From Minisyncoccota bacterium (GTDB lineage Bacteria; Patescibacteriota; Minisyncoccia; 2-02-FULL-40-12; IGHO2-12-FULL-4), in NCBI GenBank assembly GCA_036517795.1, contig DATDTF010000011.1:9772-73771 (forward strand): a stretch of 64,000 nt of DNA, in the 5' to 3' direction. A model generated the notes under the pieces. The model worked only from the letters and a program-made list of their open reading frames with translations, did not search any database and had not been told where the DNA came from. Of the stretch, positions 55,468 through 64,000 are shown piece by piece (position 1 is the stretch's first letter; each line of letters opens with the position of its first letter). Both the position numbers and the translations under genes were made by a program.

Positions 55468-55809
55468 CTAGACAATATTGGCTTTTCTAAAAATTTCTAA
55501 TAGACTCTCTTTGGCTTCCGAAAATTTATTTTCTTTGAGGCTTGATTGGATGACGACAACGACATCAACATGTACTTTACAAAAAGTAAAAACTGACGCC
55601 AAAACACTAAAAACAATTCTTTTAACCTTATTCCGCAAAACTGCGTTTTGAATAAATTTTGATGGAACTATTACAGCTCCCCGGCAAAACGAAAAACTGT
55701 TTTTAGATACTTTCACCAGCAATAAATGACTTCTAAAACTTCTGCCTGCTTTAAAAATCCGATCTAAATCTTTTTTGCTCTTGATTCTGTGCTTTTTAGA
55801 TAGAGCCAT
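55468..55809 (-). CDS. rnpA: RNase P protein component
   Basis: LSKKHRI and NAVLRNKVKR motifs; conserved synteny. Confidence 0.9.
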   Translation of the reverse strand: MALSKKHRIKSKKDLDRIFKAGRSFRSHLLLVKVSKNSFSFCRGAVIVPSKFIQNAVLRNKVKRIVFSVLASVFTFCKVHVDVVVVIQSSLKENKFSEAKESLLEIFRKANIV

Positions 55810-55821
55810 GTCATTTTCAGC

Positions 55822-55959
55822 TTAAACAGTAAGCTTGTGCCGGCCTTTGCGTCGGCGTCTTAACAGCACTTTTCGCCCTGATTTTTTCTGTGATCTTTTC
55901 AAAAATCCGTGCTTGTTTTTCCTCTTTTTGGTTTTAGGACGATATAATGTTGATTTCAT
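55822..55959 (-). CDS. rpmH: 50S ribosomal protein L34 (missing from the ORF track)
   Basis: Manual translation: MKSTLYRPKTKKRKNKHGFLKRSQKKSGRKVLLRRRRKGRHKLTV. Confidence 0.93.
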   Translation of the reverse strand: MKSTLYRPKTKKRKNKHGFLKRSQKKSGRKVLLRRRRKGRHKLTV

Positions 55960-55979
55960 ATAAGTAATATATACTATTC

Positions 55980-56094
55980 TGCCGATATTGCAATTTGCCG
56001 AGTTTTCACACTACCAGCTGGGATTAGGTAATTAGTGACCGCTGACAACGTCGGGCTCGTGAAATTCAAAAAGTTCAATATCGGCATTGGGGCG
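55980..56094 (+). repeat. Full-length dispersed repeat between rpmH and dnaA
   Basis: 11-bp inverted ends TGCCGATATTG (55980) and CAATATCGGCA (56076-56086). Confidence 0.8.
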
Positions 56095-56205
56095 GTCATC
56101 CACTTTTTATAAACAATTTATAAACTAAAGCACTCTGTTTTTAAGTCTGCCTGTTTATCTTAGAATTAGGGAAGAATAAATAATGAGCAACGATAATTAA
56201 TTAAC

Positions 56206-56245
56206 TCCCGACATTGACACTGCCGAACTTTAGCACCGTCAACTA
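56206..56245 (+). repeat. Left-half repeat copy upstream of dnaA
   Basis: CCGACATTGACACTGCCGAACTTTAGCACCGTCA compared with the rsmA copy CCGACATTGCACTGCCGAGCTTTAGCGCCGTCA. Confidence 0.8.
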
Positions 56246-56271
56246 GAAGAAAGTAATTAGGAAAAACAAAT

Positions 56272-57636
56272 ATGACCAAAGAAGAATTATGGAAAGCTGT
56301 TTTGGGAGAGATGGAGCTTTCTCTTTCCAAAGCCAACTTTACCACCTGGTTTAAAAACACTTCCATATTAGCCAATGAGGGGGTTTTGGTCATAGTCGGA
56401 GTCCCTAACGGATTCATCAAAGAATGGTTAGAAAACAAATTCCATAAACAGATACTGACTTCTATACAAACTTTTTCTCCGGAAATTAGAGAAATTAAAT
56501 ACACCATCGGCAACAGTTTACCCCAATCAACTATCAAAAAGGATTTTTCTCAATTCATTACAGAACGGGTGTTTGAAAACAAACAACCTGCCGATATTAA
56601 TCCCCAAACGAATTTAAACAAAAAATATTCTTTTGACTCTTTTATCGTCGGTTCTCACAATGAGTTGGCTCATGCCGCAAGCTCGGCTGTAGCCAAAAAT
56701 CTCGGTAAGGCTTATAACCCTCTGTTTATTTACGGTGGAGTCGGTTTAGGAAAAACTCATTTATTACAAGCTACCGGCAACAAGATTCTGGAAGACGACC
56801 CGACCAAAAAAGTCCTTTATATTCCTTCAGAAAGAATTACGGCTGAAATTGTTGAGTCTGTAAGAAATAAAAATGTTGAAGAACTTAAAAGTAGGTATGC
56901 AAAACTGGACATGCTTATTGTTGACGATATTCAGTTCATAGCCGGAAAAGAAAAAACTCAAGATATCTTTTTTGCAACCTTTAATGAGCTGTATGGGAAG
57001 AACAAGCAGATCATCTTATCATCAGATAGGCCGCCTAAAGCAATACCTGCATTGGAAGAAAGACTTAGATCCCGTTTTGAAGGGGGAATGATTGCCGATA
57101 TAAACATACCCGACTTTGAAACGAGACTGGCTATTTTGAAGCTAAAAACTAAACAAAAGGATATTATTTTAGATGAAAATGTCCTGGGTTACATAGCAAC
57201 AAATATACAAAAAAATATAAGAGAACTGGAAGGCGCTTTAAACAGAATTATTGCTGTAAGCCAGATTTATAACAAAACTCTGGATGTTAAAGAGGTTAAA
57301 AAACTGCTGGCGACTTACTTGAGTACACCCTATAAAAAAACTACACCTCAATTGATTTTAAAGTCAGTTTCTGACTTCTACAATATTTCGCCAAGCGATT
57401 TAATAAAAAGAAGCCGCAAGAAAGAGGTGGTAAGACCCAGACAGATTGCCATGTATTTATTGAGAGAAGAAACCAAATCGTCTTTTCCGGAAATCGGTCA
57501 GAAGTTAGGAGGTAGAGACCACTCCACAGTAATTCATGCTTATGAAAAAGTAAAAACAGAAGAAGAAACGGATGAAATTACAAAACAAGAGATTGTTTTA
57601 ATCAAAGAAAGAATATATCAATCCTTTGATAAATAA
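56272..57636 (+). CDS. dnaA: Chromosomal replication initiator DnaA
   Basis: YNPLFIYGGVGLGKTHL, DDIQF, RELEGAL and GGRDHSTV motifs. Confidence 0.98.
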   Translation: MTKEELWKAVLGEMELSLSKANFTTWFKNTSILANEGVLVIVGVPNGFIKEWLENKFHKQILTSIQTFSPEIREIKYTIGNSLPQSTIKKDFSQFITERVFENKQPADINPQTNLNKKYSFDSFIVGSHNELAHAASSAVAKNLGKAYNPLFIYGGVGLGKTHLLQATGNKILEDDPTKKVLYIPSERITAEIVESVRNKNVEELKSRYAKLDMLIVDDIQFIAGKEKTQDIFFATFNELYGKNKQIILSSDRPPKAIPALEERLRSRFEGGMIADINIPDFETRLAILKLKTKQKDIILDENVLGYIATNIQKNIRELEGALNRIIAVSQIYNKTLDVKEVKKLLATYLSTPYKKTTPQLILKSVSDFYNISPSDLIKRSRKKEVVRPRQIAMYLLREETKSSFPEIGQKLGGRDHSTVIHAYEKVKTEEETDEITKQEIVLIKERIYQSFDK

Positions 57637-57884
57637 GTTAAAATAATTGTTGATAAGGTTGTTAACATTTTTGGGATTACTGGATGACAGTTTGAGTACA
57701 ACTTTCAACTTACAAATATTTTTTGAAAGTTAAGCTATTTTTCTACCAAGGTTATTAAATCTTTATCAACAGTATTTCCTATAAATAAAATATGAAAAAG
57801 ATTTTATTTATCAATGTTTTCTAACTGTTATCCACAATTATTGCTATCTTAATAATAGTAATAATAAATCTTTATCTAATTATT
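57637..57884. other. Replication origin oriC
   Basis: DnaA box TTATCCACA at 57828-57836; near-boxes at 57648-57656 and 57763-57771; TAA/TAG trinucleotide run at 57850-57867; AT-rich dnaA-dnaN spacer. Confidence 0.85.
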
Positions 57885-58976
57885 ATGATTATTACAGTCA
57901 ATCAAAAAAACCTTAAAAGAAGTCTGACTTTGGTGGAAAGAATTGTTTCCAAGAATCTTACTTTACCGGTACTCCAAAATATTGTTCTAAAAACAGAAAA
58001 CGGAAGACTAAAAATATCATCAACTAATCTTGAAATTGGGATGAATTCTTGGATTGGAGCAAAAATTGAAGAGGAGGGAGAGATAGCAGTGCCGGCAAAA
58101 GTGTTTTCTGACTTTATTGACAATATACAGGATGAAAAAATAACCATAAATTCCAAAGAACATGTTATTTCAATAAACTCTGACAGTTATAAAACTAAAA
58201 TTATTGGTTTTTCGGCCAAAGACTTTCCAATCATACCAAGGGTAAAAGAAAACAGTTTTATCAAAATTCCGTCACAAGAATTTTTAGAGATACTGTTGAC
58301 CGTTATTGATTCGGTTTCTTTGTCAGAAAGCAGGCCGGAGCTGTCAGGTATTTTAATTAATTTTTCTGCTGACAAAATTGAAGGGGCGGCAACTGACAGT
58401 TTCAGATTGGCCGAAAAAGTTTTAAATATAAAAAATAGCAAACCAGAACAAAGCATCATTCTTCCAAGAGTAACGGCACAAGAGTTGATCAGAATTCTTC
58501 CGGGACTAGAAAATATTTCTATTTCAATTTCAGACAATCAGATATTTTTTGTTTCTGAAGATTTGGAAATTGTTTCAAGATTGATAGACGGTTCTTATCC
58601 AGATTATAAAAAAGTCATACCGGAAAGGCGGATATCAAGAGTACTCGTAAAAAAAGAAGAAATTGAAAAAAGCGTGCGTTTAGCTGGAGTTTTTTCGTCT
58701 CACATTTCCGATATTAAAATAAATGGGGAAAGCGAGGGTTTGAGAATTGCCGCCAAAAATACTGACAAAGGAGAAGCTTCTTCATGGATTAGCAGCGCCA
58801 TTGTCAAAGATGAACCTTTTGAGGTAATGGTAAATTACAGATACTTAATGGATGGTTTAAAAATTATTCCCACAGAAAATATAGTTTTAGAGTTTACAGG
58901 AGAAGGCAATCCTTTAATTATAAGACCAGAAGAAAGAAAAGATATTACTTACTTGATTATGCCTTTGAGAAACTAA
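57885..58976 (+). CDS. dnaN: DNA polymerase III beta clamp
   Basis: STNLEIG, ATDSFRLAE, SRLIDGSYPDY and YLIMPL motifs. Confidence 0.97.
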   Translation: MIITVNQKNLKRSLTLVERIVSKNLTLPVLQNIVLKTENGRLKISSTNLEIGMNSWIGAKIEEEGEIAVPAKVFSDFIDNIQDEKITINSKEHVISINSDSYKTKIIGFSAKDFPIIPRVKENSFIKIPSQEFLEILLTVIDSVSLSESRPELSGILINFSADKIEGAATDSFRLAEKVLNIKNSKPEQSIILPRVTAQELIRILPGLENISISISDNQIFFVSEDLEIVSRLIDGSYPDYKKVIPERRISRVLVKKEEIEKSVRLAGVFSSHISDIKINGESEGLRIAAKNTDKGEASSWISSAIVKDEPFEVMVNYRYLMDGLKIIPTENIVLEFTGEGNPLIIRPEERKDITYLIMPLRN

Positions 58977-58999
58977 GGTTTTTTCTGACCGCAACTTAT

Positions 59000-59284
59000 A
59001 TGGAACTTTTGAAAAAAAGATTTAGCAGTTTAAAAAAAGATTTAGAAGAGAGAACTAAACAGGATAGAATTTTTAGAGAATTATTTAAACAAACATTAAT
59101 AAAAATTTTTAACACAGATAAAAATTTAAAATATGTTAAAAATTTTTATTTAAAATCTAATTTGGTTTTTTTGGAAACAAAAAATAAATCTTTTGCACAG
59201 GAAGTAAGTTTAAGAGAGGCTGAAATTATCAAACAGGTCAATCAAAAATTTATTTTTGCGATAAAAAGAATCGTTATAAAATAA
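59000..59284 (+). CDS. Small basic protein, possibly DciA/DUF721-like
   Basis: Follows dnaN; the LETKNKSFAQEVSLRE.EII..VN pattern resembles DciA. Confidence 0.45.
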   Translation: MELLKKRFSSLKKDLEERTKQDRIFRELFKQTLIKIFNTDKNLKYVKNFYLKSNLVFLETKNKSFAQEVSLREAEIIKQVNQKFIFAIKRIVIK

Positions 59285-59290
59285 ACCCAA

Positions 59291-61390
59291 TTAATTAGCA
59301 GGTGGTCCGAAGTTTTTTCTGACTGTTTCTTCCCAGTTTTTAAATTGGGGATCTTGATAAGGATCTGAAGGAAAATCTCCTCTGGGGTCGTTCTTTTTTG
59401 AGTAGTATAAAATGCTGTGTATGTCTTTTGAGTCTCCCGTGTTTATTGGCAAGTAAGAACCATTAAGCATTATTTTATCTACTTCTATCGGATCCGGTTG
59501 TAAAAATTCTTCAGGGGTGCTTTCTTTTAGAGCTGTGGCCAGAAATTCGTGCCAAATAGGCCCGGAAGCAGAGATACCAGCACCTTGTTTAGTCATTGAG
59601 GTATTGTCGTTGTTACCGACCCAAACGCCTACGCTTAATGAGGGCGTGTATCCAAGAACCCAGGCATCCCTGTTTTCTTGAGTGGTTCCAGTTTTTGCGG
59701 CAACAGGCCTATCGGGGAAGTATAGGCTGCTGTTGGCGCCAAAAACAGCTGTACGCGACGAATTGTCAGAAAGGATACTGGTGATAGTTCTTGCTATTTG
59801 GGATTCAATCACCCTTTCTTCTTTCGGTTTGTATTCTTCTAAAATATTTCCTTCAGAATCTTCTATTTTTAGTATTAAAGCGGGGGATTGACGTATTCCG
59901 TCGTTAGCGAATGTCCCATAAGCGGAAACCATATCAATTAGCTTTACTTCGGCTCCTCCTAAAACCAAAGATAATCCAAAATTTTTACGGTTTTCCTCAA
60001 GCGTAGAAATGCCTATTCTCTGGGCGAAGTTAATTGTGTCGTCTATCCCGGCCAAATATAGTGTTTTTACGGAAGGCACATTGAGAGATTGGGCTAGGGC
60101 TTGGCGCATTGTTACCGGACCCCTGAACCTTGCATCATAGTTTTGTGGATGATAACAATCCAACCCGAACGAGTCTTTTTCCTGACTGCTGTCGGCGAGG
60201 CATTGAGGATTAAATTCCGTTTTAAGATCAAAAAGTATGGTTGAGTCGGTATATCCTTTTTCTATCGCTACGGCGTAAGCGAAGGGCTTAAAAGACGATC
60301 CAGGTTGGCGTCTTGCCGTTGCAACGTTAAAGTTACCTTCATTGGCCAAGTCGAAGTAGTCTCTTGAACCAACCATCGCAAGAACATGGCCTGTACGAGG
60401 ATTTATCGCCGTTAAGGCGGCGTTCTTTGCTTTGTACTGCTTTTCGTTTTTTTCCGCATGGCTACTTATTGCTTGTTCAGCGATTCCTTGGAGATTGTAA
60501 TCAAGGGTGGTAAATATTTTTAGTCCGCCATTTTCTACCATTTCTTCTCCGTATTTTTTTATCAAATAGTCTTTTACTAAAATAACAAAATGCGGAGCTA
60601 TGATGTTTTCACGCGAAGGCTTAAAACTAAGTTTTTCGTTGATTGCAGTGTTATGTTGGTTTTCATCAACATAACCAAGAAGGAGCATTTTTTCTAAGAT
60701 ACCGTTTTTTCTTTTCAGCGCTTCGTCCAGATGCTCGCCGTAAGGAGAATAGTAAGAAGGTGCTTTGGGCAAGGCGGCCAGCAAAGCGGCTTCAGCGAGA
60801 GAGATACTATTTGCTTGTTTCCCAAAAAAAGTTTGGCTGGCCGCTTCGACGCCGTAAGAGTTAGAACCATAAGGTATCTGGTTCAGATACATCCAGAAAA
60901 TCTGGTCTTTTGAAAATTTACGCTCTATTTCTATTGAAAGTAACGCTTCTTTGATTTTTCTTGATGTAACGGAAAAAAAGTTTTGACGCTGGTCGCCGAG
61001 CAGAGCATTTTTTATCAGTTGCTGGGTAATTGTTGAACCGCCTTGGGAAATTCTAAATTCAGTAAGGTTTTTTATAAAAGCTCGGATAATTCCCTTAAAG
61101 TCCAGACCTTGGTGGGAATAAAAAGAAGAATCTTCCGAAGCCAATGTGGCGAGTTTTATATTTTCAGGCATTCTTTCCCAAGGGACGATAGTTCTTTTTT
61201 CTTCGCCGTGAATATCATACAAAACAGTATTGCCGGTTCTGTCATAAATCTTGGTAGATTCACTGACCCTTCTTGAGATTATGGTTTCAGGATCTGGCAG
61301 GTCCTTTGCCACATACAAAAACAAGGCGGTAGTCAAGACAAGCCCGATTATCAGCAGCAAAAAAAGGGTAAGTAAAAAAGATTTAAACAT
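59291..61390 (-). CDS. Class A penicillin-binding protein (PBP1A family)
   Basis: EDSSFY, GGSTITQQL, SSFK, SLN and KTG motifs. Confidence 0.93.
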   Translation of the reverse strand: MFKSFLLTLFLLLIIGLVLTTALFLYVAKDLPDPETIISRRVSESTKIYDRTGNTVLYDIHGEEKRTIVPWERMPENIKLATLASEDSSFYSHQGLDFKGIIRAFIKNLTEFRISQGGSTITQQLIKNALLGDQRQNFFSVTSRKIKEALLSIEIERKFSKDQIFWMYLNQIPYGSNSYGVEAASQTFFGKQANSISLAEAALLAALPKAPSYYSPYGEHLDEALKRKNGILEKMLLLGYVDENQHNTAINEKLSFKPSRENIIAPHFVILVKDYLIKKYGEEMVENGGLKIFTTLDYNLQGIAEQAISSHAEKNEKQYKAKNAALTAINPRTGHVLAMVGSRDYFDLANEGNFNVATARRQPGSSFKPFAYAVAIEKGYTDSTILFDLKTEFNPQCLADSSQEKDSFGLDCYHPQNYDARFRGPVTMRQALAQSLNVPSVKTLYLAGIDDTINFAQRIGISTLEENRKNFGLSLVLGGAEVKLIDMVSAYGTFANDGIRQSPALILKIEDSEGNILEEYKPKEERVIESQIARTITSILSDNSSRTAVFGANSSLYFPDRPVAAKTGTTQENRDAWVLGYTPSLSVGVWVGNNDNTSMTKQGAGISASGPIWHEFLATALKESTPEEFLQPDPIEVDKIMLNGSYLPINTGDSKDIHSILYYSKKNDPRGDFPSDPYQDPQFKNWEETVRKNFGPPAN

Positions 61391-61403
61391 GTGGCACGAT
61401 AGT

Positions 61404-61441
61404 CAACCAACTTCCGATATTGCGCTGCCGAACTTTTGCGC
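61404..61441 (+). repeat. Left-half repeat copy in the divergent pbp/tyrS spacer
   Basis: CAACCAACTTCCGATATTGCGCTGCCGAACTTTTGCGC, nearly identical to the infB-internal copy (27666-27701, reverse complement). Confidence 0.8.
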
Positions 61442-61562
61442 TTTGGAAGTTAGGTAGCCAGTTAGATTTAAGCATTCGGTTATTTTGCCACAATTAAATG
61501 ACTTTTTCAATCTTCGTACTGAAGTATTTGAATAAAATAGAGCCAAAGGGTATTATTGGATT

Positions 61563-62771
61563 ATGGCGAAAGTTATTACCGATGAATCTAAAATTAATGA
61601 AGTTTTTGGAAGAAATATAGAAGCAGTTTTCCCTTCTGTGGATAAGGCTAAAGAAATTTTTAAGTCTGGACGCAGGCTGACTTTTTATCTGGGAATAGAC
61701 CCAACTGGTCCGGATATTCACTTAGGTCACACTACAAATCTTTTTGTTCTCAAGAAATTAATTAGTCTGGGACATAAAGTGATTTTGCTGATAGGAGACT
61801 TTACCGCTCAAACCGGCGATCCTACAGGCAAAGATACTGCCCGCAAATCTCTTTCGGTCAAGGAAGTTGAAGACAACATGAAGACTTATATAAAGCAGGT
61901 GATAAAAATCTTGCCCAAAGGTTCTTTTGAGTTGAAATACAACAGCAAGTGGCTTGGCAAACTGACATTTAATGAAATAAGAAAACTTGCCCGCCAGGTA
62001 ACTGTTCAACAAATGATTACTAGAGATATGTTTCAAAGGCGGCTAACTGAAAATAAACCAATATCATTGGAAGAATTTCTTTATCCCTTAATGCAGGGCT
62101 ATGATTCGGTTGCGATGAAAGTTGATGGCGAGGTTGGCGGTACCGACCAAACATTTAACATGATGGTCGGCCGAGATTTGGTTAAGTCGTTTCTAGGCAA
62201 GGACAAAATTGTCATTACCACGAAGTTGTTAGAAGATCCGGAGACGGGCAAAAAGTTAATGAGCAAAAGTGAAGGCCACTATGTTTCTCTTAACGATTCT
62301 CCACAAGAAATGTTCGGTCGGGTTATGTCTTTGACTGATAGTGCAATCTTGCCTTTATTTAAGTTTGCAACAGAACTCTCAGATCAGAAAATTGCTGAAA
62401 TTGAAGAGCGGCACAAAAATAGTGAGAACCCCAAAAAGCTGAAAGAAGAATTGTCTTTTGAGTTGGTTAAAATGTATCATGGCGAAAAAGAAGCTCAAAA
62501 AGCCAAGGAAGAATTTAGTAGAGTTTTTAGCCGTCATGAACCTCCCGAAAAAATGGAGGAGATTCAATGGAAAGGAGACATTTTAAACACAAGTTTTATT
62601 GCAGGCATTGTCGTTTCCAAAGGAGAAATCAAAAGACTTGTTGAGCAAGGAGCGGTAAGTTTGGACGATAAAGTTGTTGAAAATTGGAATGAAAATATGG
62701 AAATTAAAGAAGAGGGCTCGATTCTTAAAATAGGCCCAAGAAAATTTTATAAAGTAAAACCCAATAAATAA
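61563..62771 (+). CDS. tyrS: Tyrosine--tRNA ligase
   Basis: GIDPTGPDIHLGH, YPLMQGYD, GGTDQ and LMSKS motifs; C-terminal S4 domain. Confidence 0.97.
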   Translation: MAKVITDESKINEVFGRNIEAVFPSVDKAKEIFKSGRRLTFYLGIDPTGPDIHLGHTTNLFVLKKLISLGHKVILLIGDFTAQTGDPTGKDTARKSLSVKEVEDNMKTYIKQVIKILPKGSFELKYNSKWLGKLTFNEIRKLARQVTVQQMITRDMFQRRLTENKPISLEEFLYPLMQGYDSVAMKVDGEVGGTDQTFNMMVGRDLVKSFLGKDKIVITTKLLEDPETGKKLMSKSEGHYVSLNDSPQEMFGRVMSLTDSAILPLFKFATELSDQKIAEIEERHKNSENPKKLKEELSFELVKMYHGEKEAQKAKEEFSRVFSRHEPPEKMEEIQWKGDILNTSFIAGIVVSKGEIKRLVEQGAVSLDDKVVENWNENMEIKEEGSILKIGPRKFYKVKPNK

Positions 62772-62800
62772 ATAACCCCCCTAGGGGGGTTATTTATTTA
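62765..62800. terminator. Bidirectional terminator
   Basis: Perfect palindrome TAAATAAATAACCCCCCT|AGGGGGGTTATTTATTTA between convergent stops. Confidence 0.8.
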
Positions 62801-62992
62801 GTTGAGGGTGTCTTCTACTGCTTCAGCATCGCTATCATCCTTAGCTTCTTCGTTGTCGTCTTCTAAATCATCATCATCGTCATCTTCTTTTGGTTCAGCA
62901 GTGTCCTCTACAGGGTCTTGGACAAAGTTATTGTCTTCATCCAACTTCCATGTGTTTGTAATCATTTTGATTTTATTAATAAGTTTAGTCAT
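62798..62992 (-). CDS. Small, very acidic hypothetical protein
   Basis: D/E-rich ORF ending at the bidirectional terminator. Confidence 0.5.
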   Translation of the reverse strand: MTKLINKIKMITNTWKLDEDNNFVQDPVEDTAEPKEDDDDDDLEDDNEEAKDDSDAEAVEDTLN

Positions 62993-63039
62993 ATACGACC
63001 TTGGGATATTGTATTCAAATAAAAATTTATGTCAACTTT

Positions 63040-63516
63040 TTATCCCCACTTTGTGGTATTAGCACAACAAATTGCTATTGCCAAAGCGTCGGCGGCATCG
63101 TCAGGTTGGGGTATTTCTTTTAGTCCCAAAATTAAACTAATGATTTTTTGAACTTGTTTTTTGTCAGCCCGGCCGTAATTAGAAACAGCCTGCTTGACTT
63201 GCAAAGGCGTGAATTCGCTTACTTCCACTCCAAGTTTTTGCAAAGCCAAGAGTATGACACCTTTTGTTTCGCTGACTCGGGTTATGGTCTTGGCATTTTT
63301 AAAAAAGAAGAGCTTTTCAATGCCGGCTTTGTCCGGCTGGTGTTTCTTTATAAGCTTCTCAAAAAAGTCATAAACAGAAGTAATGCGGTTGCTGGTTTCA
63401 GTTCCTGTCTGGACTCTAAAAACTCCATAGTCAAGGCAAAGCAGGCCCTTTGCTCCAGTTTCTACTACGCCGTAGCCTATGATTGTGGTTCCAGGGTCAA
63501 TCCCTAATATTTTCAT
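63040..63516 (-). CDS. ruvC: Holliday junction resolvase RuvC
   Basis: ILGIDPG, IEKLFF, TPLQVK and DDAADALAIA motifs. Confidence 0.96.
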   Translation of the reverse strand: MKILGIDPGTTIIGYGVVETGAKGLLCLDYGVFRVQTGTETSNRITSVYDFFEKLIKKHQPDKAGIEKLFFFKNAKTITRVSETKGVILLALQKLGVEVSEFTPLQVKQAVSNYGRADKKQVQKIISLILGLKEIPQPDDAADALAIAICCANTTKWG

Positions 63517-64000
63517 TGGTATATATTTCCTGAACGTCTTCGTTATTGTCTAATTCTTCAAATAATTTATCCAGCACATTTTTATTATTTTGGTCTTGGA
63601 TTGTGATTGGATACTTAGCAACAAAGTCGTTGTTTTTCTTTTCAAAAGCCCACATAATCGAGCCTGACTGCGCCATTTTCACCCCATGTTTTGAGAGAAT
63701 ATTTTTTATTTCTCCGATTGTCCGGTTTTTGTTATCGGTAATCGCAGTGATAATTATATTTACCGATTCGGGGCCTACCGTTTCAATTAGAAGTTCTTCA
63801 AGTTGTGCTAGGTCTTTTTCAGCTACTCTTTTTAGGGCTCTTTCTATGTTGTCTTTCGGCATGTTCAAAGACCGGGCTTTTTCAACAGCGTTTTTAAGTT
63901 CCATATTTTTTTCCGGATCCGAGCCTTTTCGGGCGGCTATTGATATGAGTTTTGAAATTTTAGAAAAAACCCGACCCTTTTTTTGGTCAGCGATACCTTT
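63497..64000 (-). CDS. yebC: YebC/PmpR-family protein (5'-truncated by the window edge)
   Basis: Frame stays open to the edge (..DQKKGRVFSK..); NMPKDNIERA, TDNKNRT and DVQEIYTN motifs. Confidence 0.92.
   Translation of the reverse strand, partial: KGIADQKKGRVFSKISKLISIAARKGSDPEKNMELKNAVEKARSLNMPKDNIERALKRVAEKDLAQLEELLIETVGPESVNIIITAITDNKNRTIGEIKNILSKHGVKMAQSGSIMWAFEKKNNDFVAKYPITIQDQNNKNVLDKLFEELDNNEDVQEIYTNENIRD

Noticed and set aside
274-63507. Numerous 60-180 aa antisense or overlapping ORFs in the track (e.g. 13925-14476, 37162-37698, 47191-47685, 52703-52954)
   Set aside because: They are shadows of well-supported genes or translations of repeat DNA, with no recognisable motifs.

Overview
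This is the origin-proximal 64 kb of a reduced, AT-rich bacterial chromosome using genetic code 11. Gene content points to Patescibacteria/CPR, Parcubacteria-like: a CPR-type VirB4/PrgI/VirB6-like cluster, short YebC and Jag, tRNA-adjacent HNH and LAGLIDADG-like ORFs, and a RAYT. The window holds the jag-yidC-yidD-rnpA-rpmH / dnaA-oriC-dnaN region. Housekeeping genes include polA, holA, recG, infB, rbfA, cca, uvrD/pcrA, rsmA, tyrS, ruvC and two PBP1A genes. It also carries a prkA-yeaH-spoVR module, an NrtR-controlled NAD salvage locus with two visible operators, and eight intact tRNAs. The most unusual signals are small-scale. (1) A complete tRNA-Ala(CGC) inside 15-bp inverted repeats is nested in the anticodon loop of a broken tRNA-Ala. 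(2) Two endonuclease genes each lie between an orphan 5' tRNA fragment and an intact tRNA. (3) A 170-bp integrase-less element duplicates the tRNA-Ser 3' end. (4) A dispersed repeat family (core CCGAYATTGCnnTGCCGA, about 12 full or partial copies) sits in frame inside rsmA, infB, recG and cca. All calls come from reading the sequence and ORF track; no database searches were run.
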